Below are positions 21,009 to 31,347 of a stretch of DNA of 53,576 nt, one piece after another. Below the pieces are notes generated by a model. The model did not search any database. It was not told the DNA's origin and saw nothing but the letters and a program-made list of their open reading frames with translations. Source of the stretch: Actinomycetes bacterium (GTDB taxonomy: Bacteria > Actinomycetota > Acidimicrobiia > Acidimicrobiales > Acidimicrobiaceae); assembly GCA_021784785.1 (NCBI GenBank), contig JAJYHJ010000033.1:1-53576 (forward strand), in the 5' to 3' direction. Positions within the stretch are counted from its first letter, which is position 1; every line of letters starts with the position of its first letter. The position numbers were made by a program, and so were the translations under genes.

Positions 21009-21274
21009 TTTTATACCTACGTAGCGGTTGCTTATGTACACAATCTCGATACACTTGCACCGTCGTCACCGTCATCACTACTTCAAGACATTTAAGGGCA
21101 CTGAAAGTACGCAACGGACATCTAATTAAAGTTTGGCCACAACTGCACTAATAGACATATACGTAGATAAAAACATCAACATATTTCCCGAAATAAACAC
21201 CGTAAAGGTGGTAGAGTTACTGTGGCAATCTTGGGATAGGTCTGCAAAACTACTGGTAATAAGGACGGTTAAAG

Positions 21275-22243
21275 TTGGATGATAAGCCATACGTAGTTAA
21301 GGGGAGACCCGACCGAATCTTGGTAGCGGGAATTTCTAGGTCTGGAAGCTCATGGGTAATCGACGCACTACGAGCGACACCAGGAACAAAGTGTTGGTAC
21401 GAACCTGACTACATTGACTCCGATCCAAACGGGAAAAAGCCTGCGGGAAGCACTGGATTCGGACCGTACCCAGTTATTGAAGTTGGATCCGATGGTGGGG
21501 TACATAGAGCACTTTGGGACGTCGTCTACAACGGTAAGATACCGGTGACCCGACGAGGAAACGTATTGATTCCGTTAGCGAAACCGTTTCTAAAGCTACC
21601 AAAACCAATCCTTCATCCCCTCTTCAAACTCGGAACCAAGGTATTCACAGCGGTTCCCGGAGGAGCTCCTGAACGAGTAGCTGTAAAGTCCGTGTTCACT
21701 GCCTTTTGCATTGACTGGATCGTAGAAACTTACGATCCTAAGGTCGTTATGCTGCAGCGCAACCCGCTTAGCATCGTATCTAGCTGGCGAGATCTAAAGA
21801 CACCAGTTTTTGACCTAGCTACCAGACCATACGTGCTAGAAAACTATGGCGATCGGTACGAAGGGAATCCACCTAATGAAAACGCATCTGAGTTGACAAA
21901 GATTGCGTGGGCCGTAGGCCTAATCACCACTGTTATGAGCGACTCTTTGGAACGGCATCCCGAGTGGCTATTAGTAAATCATGAGGATCTCTGTATTGAC
22001 TCACCTTCAAAGTTCAAAACGCTCTGCGAGCGATTAGAAATCCCATGGTCGGAGAGCGTAGCTGAGTTTTTAAGGAGATCCAATCGTCCTGGTGAAGGGC
22101 TAGAAACGAAACGAGTCACCGAGGAACAGGTAGACAAGTGGAAGAAAAAGCTAAACTCCGAAGAGGTGGAGGAGATCACAGAGGTTCTCAATCGCTTCCC
22201 TCGAAAAGGATGGGTTCGGATTCCTAGCGAACGATCTGGCTAG
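21275..22243 (+). CDS. PAPS-dependent sulfotransferase
   Basis: 5'-PSB loop 'VAGISRSGSSW', YEP, 3'-PB 'LQRNPLSIVSS', 'HEDL', C-terminal 'DKWKKKL'. Confidence 0.88.
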   Translation: MDDKPYVVKGRPDRILVAGISRSGSSWVIDALRATPGTKCWYEPDYIDSDPNGKKPAGSTGFGPYPVIEVGSDGGVHRALWDVVYNGKIPVTRRGNVLIPLAKPFLKLPKPILHPLFKLGTKVFTAVPGGAPERVAVKSVFTAFCIDWIVETYDPKVVMLQRNPLSIVSSWRDLKTPVFDLATRPYVLENYGDRYEGNPPNENASELTKIAWAVGLITTVMSDSLERHPEWLLVNHEDLCIDSPSKFKTLCERLEIPWSESVAEFLRRSNRPGEGLETKRVTEEQVDKWKKKLNSEEVEEITEVLNRFPRKGWVRIPSERSG

Positions 22244-22253
22244 TCGTAACATC

Positions 22254-23570
22254 ATGATAGCAAAAACCAGTTTTTATGTTGGGATCCGATCGAAGTCACG
22301 AGCTAAGTTCACAAACGAAGCTAAAAGAATTGTATCGGATAACCTTCTCGCAACGTTCGCGACAACAATCGCCGGACTTCTTGGTTTCTTCCTACAGTCA
22401 CTTGTGAGTCACACCTTAGAACCAGCAAAGTTCGGGGCAGCGTTCGCACTGATTAGCTTCTACAGCATCGTTGTTCGCCCAGCCGCCACAGTTGGTCGCT
22501 TAGTAGCGTGGCGAACTAGCAGCGAGGCAGCATCGGATAAGAAATCCAAAAGTGAAGGCGATACCGTACTTAGAGTAACCATAAAGTGGCTTTTGATCAT
22601 TGGCGTCGTTCTCGCGAGCCTCTCAATCCTAGCTGGCAAGACAATCGGGTCCTATATTCATCTAACGACTCTAGATGTAGCGCTTGCTTCTTTGTCGGTA
22701 CCTTTTTTACTAGCGTTTCAACCTATCTTGGGTGCTTTACAAGGAGACAGAAGATTCAAAGCTTGGAGTTCACTAAACATAATTTTGCCACTCAGTTATG
22801 TGATTCTTGTTGCGGCACTAGTTGTTCCCTTTGGTATAACAGGAGTTATCAGCGGGGTTACGATAGGGTCAGCCATCACGTTCTTCATAGGTCTCTACAT
22901 TCTTCGTCACAATATATGGTCGCTTAACCGAGGTGACGCCGCACTTCGGTTCAAACCTTATCTTCCCTTCCTTACCACCGGACTTGCTACAACACTCACA
23001 GTTGGAGTTTTTATAAGCGCCGACGTCATAGTCGTGCAGCATTTTTTCAACCGAACTATTGCGGGTCAGTACGCAATAGTTGCCGTCATAGGAAACGCCC
23101 TGTTCTCAGTTGCAGGAGGAGCACTAAGCGCAACTTTTCCAAATATCGTTGCCCGACAGACTCGTCGTCAAAGTACCGTACCTATCTTGTTGGGAGCTCT
23201 TAGCGTGTTCGTACTCGTAACCCTCTTGGGTGCATCGGCGATTCAGGTACTTGGGGAGCCGATCTTACGTATAGTAGGGGGTACAAAATACATAGGAGCC
23301 GCAAGCTTTATCGGATGGTATTCCCTGGGAATGGGTATGCTAAGTTGGGCTACGATACTAATTCACACGCAACAAGCACGAAATCGCCTGCACTTGCTTT
23401 GGATTCTCATACCTGCTCTGGTAGCTAGGATTAGCCTCCTGCTACTCTTCCACAGATCCATCATGATGGTAGTTTCAATCTCTGATGCTCTAGTCTTTTT
23501 ACTTTGCGTAGTTCTTTTCATAACTTACATGATCGATGAAGCTAAGATCCAAAGAGGTACACATTTATGA
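22254..23570 (+). CDS. Wzx-like polysaccharide/oligosaccharide flippase
   Basis: About 12 TM; 'LEPAKFG', 'GALQGDRRF', 'ADVIVVQHFF...AGQYA' typical of MOP-superfamily Wzx proteins. Confidence 0.8.
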   Translation: MIAKTSFYVGIRSKSRAKFTNEAKRIVSDNLLATFATTIAGLLGFFLQSLVSHTLEPAKFGAAFALISFYSIVVRPAATVGRLVAWRTSSEAASDKKSKSEGDTVLRVTIKWLLIIGVVLASLSILAGKTIGSYIHLTTLDVALASLSVPFLLAFQPILGALQGDRRFKAWSSLNIILPLSYVILVAALVVPFGITGVISGVTIGSAITFFIGLYILRHNIWSLNRGDAALRFKPYLPFLTTGLATTLTVGVFISADVIVVQHFFNRTIAGQYAIVAVIGNALFSVAGGALSATFPNIVARQTRRQSTVPILLGALSVFVLVTLLGASAIQVLGEPILRIVGGTKYIGAASFIGWYSLGMGMLSWATILIHTQQARNRLHLLWILIPALVARISLLLLFHRSIMMVVSISDALVFLLCVVLFITYMIDEAKIQRGTHL

Positions 23571-23693
23571 ACGTCCAGAGAAGTTGTAACCACGTGCCAA
23601 TACTCATAGATGTACAAAATCCGCTGCATAGTTTAGGCGATACAACTCTCAAAAATCGATTGAAATGCTCACGGCTCTTTAGGTATCTATCTA

Positions 23694-26600
23694 ATGTTGG
23701 AGATTGACGATCGCCCACGTCGGTTCAAGGACTTTCTTCTATCACGAACTGAGTGGGTAGTAACTCGGCCAAAACGAGTCGCTCTAGTCCTCGGCATCTT
23801 AGGGCTCGCCATGCGATACGCCTGGCTGAACACTTTACCGTTGGTCGCTGGTGATCAAGGATGGGCAACGATCTCTCGCCTTAAGACTTACTATCCTTGG
23901 CCAACCATCTGGGACAGCACTGACGGGCTCGGTGGAATCAACGCTACATTCAACTCCTTCCGATACCCGACTTATGCAATCGAAGGGTGGATGGCTCACT
24001 TTGGCGCTCATTGGTGGTTAATCGAACGCGTCGTGTTTTATATTCCGGATGCCATTCTCATACCGATTGCAGGATGGTACATTGCGCGAGAGTTCGTCGG
24101 ACGTAGTCGATGGTCGCTCTTGGGAGCGCTCATCTTTGCATCGAGCACCTATCTGCTAATCGAAAGTAGCAGCGAGGTACCACTGGCGCTAGGCGCTGCC
24201 ATTGGATGTTTCGCATTAGTCACCTTCGTCCGCTCCCTCAGACAACTCTCCCTAAAGTGGGCTGTGATAACAAGTCTCCTCATGGCCATCGATTCAGGCG
24301 TAGACATAAGACCGACATTTATCTCCGCACTCATGATGGGTCTATACTTCCTAGTCATCTCCCTTGCAGAACCAACGTTGAAGACGGTCGCGAAACGACT
24401 GGGCATCTCAGCACTTTCTGGATCGCTCTACCTACTTACTCAGCTTTTTTGGTTACTGCCTCTCGCCGTATACGGCACCAACTCACAACTGCCTATTGCA
24501 AAGCAACCAGACTTCAACATCGCTACCTTAACGCACTCATTTGCTGGAGTCATTGCTTGGTGGACTGGTGCAAATCCAGCTCCATACGTTGAAGGTATAT
24601 TAAACCCTACCTTCATTGTGCTACCACTCGTTGCATTTATCGTCCTACTTCGTAAGCGACTCAGCCCCGAGGTTCTTTGGCTTGCTCTCTGCGCCATCAT
24701 ATTTGCATTTCTGGGGAAGACAAACACCGCCCCGTTTGGCGGCATCTACAACTGGATGTTCTCCCACCTTCCCGCATTTAACCTCTTTAGAGAGGGTTCG
24801 AAGTTTCTCTACCCAGTTGTGGCAGCATACGGCGTCCTGATACCGATATCCATGAAGTACCTAAGCGAGGCCGTAAAGGTTGCGAACAGCAAGATCAGTC
24901 GCATCTTTTTGATCGTCTCTCAGACGTCCTTGTTGGTAACTATAGTCATGCTAAGCACAGCATGTATCTGGTCTCTGCTAGACGGATCACTACTTGCAAC
25001 AACCGCCCCGACTAAAGAGCCTGCATCTTTTGTACAGCTCACGAATCAGTTAAGCAAGGACCACACTCCAGGCCAACTCTTGTGGTTCGGTGGACCCGTG
25101 TTTCGAACGAAAGACGGAGACTTACACAGCTACAACATAGCTTCGCCTACGCATCCCTTTGACCAACTAAATGGAAATACCCAGTCACTCATACCAGCAG
25201 CTGACGATCCCTTTCAAAATTTCTGCCCGGTGCATTCACAGCCCTACTGCTACGTCAACTCGACCCTGCTCCCTTACCTCCTGGGTCAGACAGACACCAC
25301 CTACATAGTCATCCCCAAAGGTGAGGCAGTTGGGAGTCTACCAGGAACAGCCACGAGTGGTTGGCTCAAGCAGCAGGTTGCCAAAGTCTATGGAGAGCCC
25401 TACACTTTAGGCTCGGGAGCGACCGCTATATATGTTTGGCACCTACAGCCAAAACCTAAGCCAATGCAGGTTCGTGCTTATAGCGCCATTGGTCTCGTCA
25501 ACTCTGGACCTTGGTCGTTGCAAAGTATTATTCCTGGCCTCAACCTACTACATGTCCCCGCAGTTTATGAGCAGACTTATAGCGAAGCGACACTTCCGTC
25601 AGCGCCAAGTTCCCTTCCTGATGCAGTCAGGATCTCCCCTTATACAAATGGCGGTGTGAGACTTAGCAAACCAGAAAGAGCCGTCTTACTTATAAAATCT
25701 AAGGCCCAAAAGGTAGATGTCACAGTAAGGGGACACAACCAGACCTTATCCCAAATCCATGATCCGTCCAACTCCTCGAATTGGGGAGTATATGGACCCC
25801 TTGCCTTGCCTAAAGGATACTCGTCACTTACCCTAGCAACAGGAAACGTTCCAATCGGGCCTGTGGTTCAGTGGTCCCCGCTAGCAAGGACTCAACTAGT
25901 CTCGTCAGTCTATCAACCGGTAAAGGTTGACCTCATTCCCAACCAGGAGACAATAACTACTCCCTCACCGAGCCCGACACATCACTGGGTGGCTTTAAAC
26001 ATCGACTACGACAAGGGATGGCTGCTTGAGGGAAAACGACCGACGGTTTTGGGTGGTGGACTGTTCAACTTATACTATCAGCCAAAGATATCATCGAAGA
26101 CATTAACGTTCAAGTTCTTAACACACCCTTCAGAGATGGCGGGCCTAGCAATCTCAATACTAACATCCCTAACGTGTGTCGCATTTTTGCTCTTCCGTCG
26201 CCATCGGAACAAAGTCGTTAGAACCAAAGAGAACGAGAGTGAGTTCGAAGAAATCGATGCTATCTACATCGAGGGTAGTCTGGCGACCCGGGTTGCTGCC
26301 ATGGCCATATCTTTTCTCGTAGCCACTTTATTACTACAGGCCTATGTTTACTTTGGTGTTCCATCTAAATTCCCGTCATTGGCGATCTCACAGGATCCAT
26401 ACCTATTGAACACCGACTTTGCAACCGTCTCGATACTTCTCCTAAGCGTATCCATACTCTTGCGACTCGGAGGTCCGCTAACTTTAGCCCTGAATCGGTC
26501 ATTCAACTTTCTTCCGAGAGCCAAGAGGACGCGAGCCTCTATCGCTCTCACGATGGCTTCGATGCTTGCATTAAGTTCATGTGGAACTAGTCCATACCAA

Positions 26601-27587
26601 AACGGAATCAGTGCATTGACCACCGCCCAAAATGCGGGACAACCGTCGGATACCATCTTAGGGAGCAACCTTGAGGCTGCACGGCAAGCATTCGTCGCTA
26701 AAGATCCGATCGCATGCATACAAAGCTATACCGCCGCTCTCTCGTCTTTTCCAAACGATGCATCAATATATTCCGGAAGATCACAGTGCTACGACAGTCA
26801 AGGGGTCCGCCTAACCGACGCTGCTTTAAACGACTTACGAAGAGCAAACCAGCTTGCACCAACTAATCCAAATATAGAGTTTCAGCTCGCACAGAGCCTT
26901 CAAAGCGTCGGAGATCTTACCGCGTCAGAGTCCACGTACTTACACCTTGCACAACTGGCAGACTCCTCCTCCCAACTTATTCGGGATGCTATCGACGGGC
27001 TTATACAACTCCATAGATTTGGAGCTGCTTCTACAGCCCTCAAGATCGAACTAGCTCGTTTTCCAAACGATCCGACAAGCTATCTCGCCCGGAGTGATCT
27101 CGATATCGCACAGAACAATGAAATTGGAGCACTAAAGTCCACTCAAATAGCCCAGACACTTTCCGCCTCAAACACAATAAGTCAAGCAAATGTAAACGCG
27201 TACTCCTGCAATTTGGAGATCCAGAGACTGCAGTACCAGCGCGCAAAAGCTAGTTGCCAGATCGCACTTCGAGATGGACTTGCCACATCAGGGGTCTGGG
27301 AAAACCTTGCGGTCATCGCGGCAGACCAGGGCAACTTCAACAGGGCCATTAGCCTCATGCACTCTGCAATTGGGGCGTTTGTCGCAAATGTCGGTCCATA
27401 CGCTCAGCCAAGCGGCGTTACAGGCTTTGGACTATCAAATCTCATAGCGACAGAGGGAGAGTTCTATGTAGAAGAAGGAGCCATTGCGAAGGGTATCAGT
27501 GACTTCCAACTGGCGCTAAAAGACCTACCTCCAAGCGCTCCAGACTTCCAAGCCGTGATTGAGGCCGACATCCAATCAGCCCAGTAG
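23694..27587 (+). CDS. Large polytopic GT-C-like (AftD-like) protein with an extracytoplasmic domain, internal lipobox and C-terminal TPRs
   Basis: Early 'AGD' loop, many TMs, 'FNLFREGSKF' resembling the AftD-type FRxxxKF motif, beta-rich soluble region, more TMs, RAKRTR-hydrophobic-LSSC, TPR-like repeats. Confidence 0.65.
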   Translation: MLEIDDRPRRFKDFLLSRTEWVVTRPKRVALVLGILGLAMRYAWLNTLPLVAGDQGWATISRLKTYYPWPTIWDSTDGLGGINATFNSFRYPTYAIEGWMAHFGAHWWLIERVVFYIPDAILIPIAGWYIAREFVGRSRWSLLGALIFASSTYLLIESSSEVPLALGAAIGCFALVTFVRSLRQLSLKWAVITSLLMAIDSGVDIRPTFISALMMGLYFLVISLAEPTLKTVAKRLGISALSGSLYLLTQLFWLLPLAVYGTNSQLPIAKQPDFNIATLTHSFAGVIAWWTGANPAPYVEGILNPTFIVLPLVAFIVLLRKRLSPEVLWLALCAIIFAFLGKTNTAPFGGIYNWMFSHLPAFNLFREGSKFLYPVVAAYGVLIPISMKYLSEAVKVANSKISRIFLIVSQTSLLVTIVMLSTACIWSLLDGSLLATTAPTKEPASFVQLTNQLSKDHTPGQLLWFGGPVFRTKDGDLHSYNIASPTHPFDQLNGNTQSLIPAADDPFQNFCPVHSQPYCYVNSTLLPYLLGQTDTTYIVIPKGEAVGSLPGTATSGWLKQQVAKVYGEPYTLGSGATAIYVWHLQPKPKPMQVRAYSAIGLVNSGPWSLQSIIPGLNLLHVPAVYEQTYSEATLPSAPSSLPDAVRISPYTNGGVRLSKPERAVLLIKSKAQKVDVTVRGHNQTLSQIHDPSNSSNWGVYGPLALPKGYSSLTLATGNVPIGPVVQWSPLARTQLVSSVYQPVKVDLIPNQETITTPSPSPTHHWVALNIDYDKGWLLEGKRPTVLGGGLFNLYYQPKISSKTLTFKFLTHPSEMAGLAISILTSLTCVAFLLFRRHRNKVVRTKENESEFEEIDAIYIEGSLATRVAAMAISFLVATLLLQAYVYFGVPSKFPSLAISQDPYLLNTDFATVSILLLSVSILLRLGGPLTLALNRSFNFLPRAKRTRASIALTMASMLALSSCGTSPYQNGISALTTAQNAGQPSDTILGSNLEAARQAFVAKDPIACIQSYTAALSSFPNDASIYSGRSQCYDSQGVRLTDAALNDLRRANQLAPTNPNIEFQLAQSLQSVGDLTASESTYLHLAQLADSSSQLIRDAIDGLIQLHRFGAASTALKIELARFPNDPTSYLARSDLDIAQNNEIGALKSTQIAQTLSASNTISQANVNAYSCNLEIQRLQYQRAKASCQIALRDGLATSGVWENLAVIAADQGNFNRAISLMHSAIGAFVANVGPYAQPSGVTGFGLSNLIATEGEFYVEEGAIAKGISDFQLALKDLPPSAPDFQAVIEADIQSAQ

Positions 27588-27918
27588 CCATATGCACCAA
27601 TAAGTCTTGCATCAATTCCCGAGGGGTGGTGTTGAACGACGCGTCAAGCGTGCTACTTGGAGAACTTTTCAACTCCGTACAAGACGTCTATTTCACACGA
27701 CACACCACGATCTCCCATCTGGCTTGGACAATTGAGGGGTCAAGCACGCCTTACAATAGTGTTCACCTCAGCGGAGCTATCGAAAAGCACTACTTTGAAC
27801 TCTTTACCTGTTTGTACAAGTCGACGTGGTTCAAGCAAGTACTCAATGGGTACCGCTACCCGAACAACCACTCACATCTCTTCGCACGGCGATAGCAACT
27901 CCAGCGCCATATCCATCT

Positions 27919-28677
27919 TTACGGTCCCGCAGCTACAACTCTACTACGACCTCTGGTCAATTGGCGCGACTTGAGCTTCATTACAGCGAGAACCATAGAG
28001 ACACCGTCTCGACTTACATTTACTTTAGACCTCTCATCATGGCTCCATCGGACGCCCATCTCCAATACTCTAATTCCTGCCCAAAGTGCCGCAGCAATAA
28101 CCTCTACGTCCCATGCAAACCCATTCTCTTGAGAGTCAAGAAGTATTCGATGCCAAATTCGTGAAGGAGCTACCTTGGCTCCACACTGCGTATCTCTAAT
28201 TCCAGGACAAAGAAGCATCTGCACGAACCTATTGAAAGCTCTCCCTGCAAGTTCGCGCTTTTTAGACTCGCGCCTAAGTAACTGGGCATCGGCGTGCGAT
28301 CGCGATCCTATGACAAGTGCATCATGGCTATAACTGGTTGCGAAAAGACGTTGCAACTCCCCCAGCGGGGTAGCCAAATCCAGATCACAGAATCCTGCCA
28401 GCTCTGTGTCCGCCCGAAGCAATCCTGACCGCAATGCGGAGCCTTTACCTTCGTGTGGACGTCGAAGCACACTTACCCGCTTCGACCCTGACTCGTCGAT
28501 GATAACGTTAAGTTTCTCCACCGTTGCGTCACTAGATCCATCATCGACAAAGATCAAACGACTATCGCTCGACCAATTCTCTACAAAGTTAATCAATGGG
28601 AGCGCACAATCCCCGACTCTCCGTTCCTCATTGTACATCGGTACAACCAGTGTCATCGACACGCTAGTTATAGTCAT
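27919..28677 (-). CDS. GT2, polyprenyl/dolichyl-phosphate glycosyl synthase-like
   Basis: VPMYNE, VDDGSSD, GKGSAL, DLDLATP, IGSR, DTQCGAK, FAWDVE (Alg5/DPG-synthase-type motifs). Confidence 0.85.
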   Translation of the reverse strand: MTITSVSMTLVVPMYNEERRVGDCALPLINFVENWSSDSRLIFVDDGSSDATVEKLNVIIDESGSKRVSVLRRPHEGKGSALRSGLLRADTELAGFCDLDLATPLGELQRLFATSYSHDALVIGSRSHADAQLLRRESKKRELAGRAFNRFVQMLLCPGIRDTQCGAKVAPSRIWHRILLDSQENGFAWDVEVIAAALWAGIRVLEMGVRWSHDERSKVNVSRDGVSMVLAVMKLKSRQLTRGRSRVVAAGP

Positions 28678-29085
28678 AGCCAGCTCCTAAGACACTTTGT
28701 GAACTTTGCTGTATCTCGACCTTTGAACTCAATCTCCGTTAAACCAAGCTGACATCTATACATAGATTCCACCGCCACTCAAAAAGACTCGACATTAGAG
28801 TTCGTACCATCGGTGCTAAGCCAAGCACACTAATCTTCCTATGCATTCCGAACCAGACACCGCAACGAATTTCGCTTCAACGGTGACTCAATGCCCAACA
28901 GAAACAGTACGAGTGAGTAAATGAACTTCTATCTAAACATTTTCCATCTACCGATACCTATCCACTAAGAACCACAGGCAAGTCCAACTAATACGCTCCT
29001 TGGCCAGACTCCGCTCAGGTCCTAAGCCTTACAAACCATGTCCAAACACTCTCAGCTTTACATTTCGCCTCCTCTCAACACAGCA

Positions 29086-31347
29086 TCATCCATCTTGGGC
29101 AAGCAGTTGGGATCTCACTTCGTCGACGGTGCTAAAGACCTCAACTTCGCGTTCGCGAAGCACCACTTCGCGCTTCCCATCAGCCGACCCTTTAAGGAGC
29201 TGTAAAAATCTTTCAGAGCTTGTTATCCAACTGTGTGCTTGCGCCCACTGTCTCCCTGCATCACCCATGACAAGCCTTCTGTCACCGTCGCTCAGTAGAT
29301 CAACTAACACCGATGCAAGCGATTTGCTGTCCCCATAAGGGAACAGCACGCCTGTTTCACCATCTCGCACCGACTCGTTAAGTCCAGGAACATTTGATGC
29401 CACAACCGGTAGACCTCTGGCACTGGCTTCCATGCATACCACGCCCCACCCTTCAAATGACGACGGGCACACTGCCACCCACGCTTGAGCGGCAAGTTGA
29501 TCACGGATCAGAGAGCTTACATAACCATGAAATCTGACATACTCATCGATACCAAGCTCAGTTACTAACTGCTCTAAGCGACTGCGGTCTGGTCCCTGAC
29601 CCAAAATATCGACTCGAACCGATCCAATCACTGAGAGCAAATGCGGTACCGCCTTGATCAAGACATCGACGGACTTTTGTTGCTTTAGCCTACCCATACA
29701 AAACACAGCAGGACGAAGACTCTTTGGAACCTGAGGAATGTTAGGTTCCAACACGCCATTCTTTATGACTTCAACTTCGCTCTCATGAAATCCAAGCCCT
29801 ACCAGGTCTGACTTTGTACCGTTCGACACCGATACGACTTGGCAGTTCTTATAGACTCTCGGCATGATTTGCCCTTCTAGGACGACTCCGATCCAACTCA
29901 AATATCTAGGAAGTTGAGTGCGAAATATCTCCTGATGGACATGGTGCACAAGTAGCACCACCGGAACTCTACTAAAGAGAGGTGCAAAAAATGGAATACC
30001 ATTTTCGCAGTCCACTATAACGTCGTATCTTCCCCTTAGCGAGATAAGGTACTTGAGAGGAACGCGCAAGTATAAAGTAAACCTTCCACCGACTCGATGA
30101 ACTCTGACGCCGTCCACGATGTCATCTTTGGAGCTACCTTTGTGTCGTTGGGTCAACCAATCGACCGACACTTCTTTAGGATCCCAGTTCTTAACGATTT
30201 GGTAGACATAGTTCTCCGCTCCACCAGCCCAAGGATGAGTGGTATCTCTCCAATTAATAATCAGTACCCGCATCGTTTTCCCAGAAGCTGCGGGTGGAGA
30301 AATCTCTCCTAAGTCTGGACCAAAAATACCTCGACAAAACGCAACGACAAACAATGCAGGACATAAAAAATAACAAAGGAGATCATCAACGCCATGACTC
30401 CATCTACGTCGTGTGCTAGCGAACGCTCCAAAGACAAAAAGTACACCAAACAGAACATAAGCAAACAGGACGGCTTCAGGAACTAAAACGTCTCCCGTGT
30501 AAACGTAATAAAGATAAGTCAAAGGGAGTCCGAGTAGAACTGCCAACGAACGCAAAAAGGCTCCAAACGCTCTAAAACCCTGCTGAAACTGCGGGTATCG
30601 CCTGTAAAGCGAACCTCGTGCTCTGCCAACGGTAGCCGTTATGCTTAGTACTTCTCTGAGTGATTGGGGGCTACTCCTCACCGGAGATAAGCTTGCGTCT
30701 ATTACGACGACAAACTCCTTTTTCTCTATAACCTTTGTGAAGGCTCGCTCCCAAGGACCAACACCCACCGTTGGCGACTGAAATCCTCCGATCTGTCGAA
30801 AAACCCCTGCTCGAAAAGCAAACGATGTCGACGTAACACAGAGTCCATTATCCATTGTGGTTGAGTTCAGAAGACTCCCACTACTTTTGGTTCGGCAGAA
30901 GCGACCGAGATAACCAGATAAAATACTGCCAAAGCGGCTATCGCCATCCCAGACGATCGGTCCCACTGCCATGCCGATATTAGGATCTATAAATCTCTGT
31001 TGAACCTGCTCTAACCAGCCCCTCCTAGGAGGAGACTTATAGTCGAAAAATACAAGTAGATCGCCTGAGCAGTTTTTTGCCGCTTCATCCCACCTGTAGG
31101 TTTGAAGCGTACCTGCAAAGTGCAGCATCTTGCAATTTACTGGCAGGGACCCTTGAAACGACGGGCTGGCCTGCGACGTGGTAAGAATCGCCTCTACGTT
31201 TAAACGTCCCACATCTTCAAGGTCAAACGCAGATAGAACTTCCGATATGTTCAAAACCATCTCGTCTATATCTATGATGACAGATACGGTCGTAGCTTTG
31301 TAAGAGCTTACATGTGCATCATCGTCTGCAAATGCCTCATTTAGCAT
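29086..31347 (-). CDS. Fusion of a degenerate GT2-like domain, TM segments and a GT4 glycosyltransferase
   Basis: N-half has GT2 remnants (FRQIGGF, GRARG) but no clear DxD; C-half has INWRDTTHPWAGGAE, DCENGIPF, VHHVH, GRLKQQK, EGWGVVCMEA. Confidence 0.85.
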   Translation of the reverse strand: MLNEAFADDDAHVSSYKATTVSVIIDIDEMVLNISEVLSAFDLEDVGRLNVEAILTTSQASPSFQGSLPVNCKMLHFAGTLQTYRWDEAAKNCSGDLLVFFDYKSPPRRGWLEQVQQRFIDPNIGMAVGPIVWDGDSRFGSILSGYLGRFCRTKSSGSLLNSTTMDNGLCVTSTSFAFRAGVFRQIGGFQSPTVGVGPWERAFTKVIEKKEFVVVIDASLSPVRSSPQSLREVLSITATVGRARGSLYRRYPQFQQGFRAFGAFLRSLAVLLGLPLTYLYYVYTGDVLVPEAVLFAYVLFGVLFVFGAFASTRRRWSHGVDDLLCYFLCPALFVVAFCRGIFGPDLGEISPPAASGKTMRVLIINWRDTTHPWAGGAENYVYQIVKNWDPKEVSVDWLTQRHKGSSKDDIVDGVRVHRVGGRFTLYLRVPLKYLISLRGRYDVIVDCENGIPFFAPLFSRVPVVLLVHHVHQEIFRTQLPRYLSWIGVVLEGQIMPRVYKNCQVVSVSNGTKSDLVGLGFHESEVEVIKNGVLEPNIPQVPKSLRPAVFCMGRLKQQKSVDVLIKAVPHLLSVIGSVRVDILGQGPDRSRLEQLVTELGIDEYVRFHGYVSSLIRDQLAAQAWVAVCPSSFEGWGVVCMEASARGLPVVASNVPGLNESVRDGETGVLFPYGDSKSLASVLVDLLSDGDRRLVMGDAGRQWAQAHSWITSSERFLQLLKGSADGKREVVLREREVEVFSTVDEVRSQLLAQDG

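Noticed and set aside
27626-27895. 89-aa Tyr-rich ORF after the GT-C gene as a sulfation substrate
   Set aside because: No leader or recognisable motif, and all three plus-strand frames have ORFs here, so likely chance
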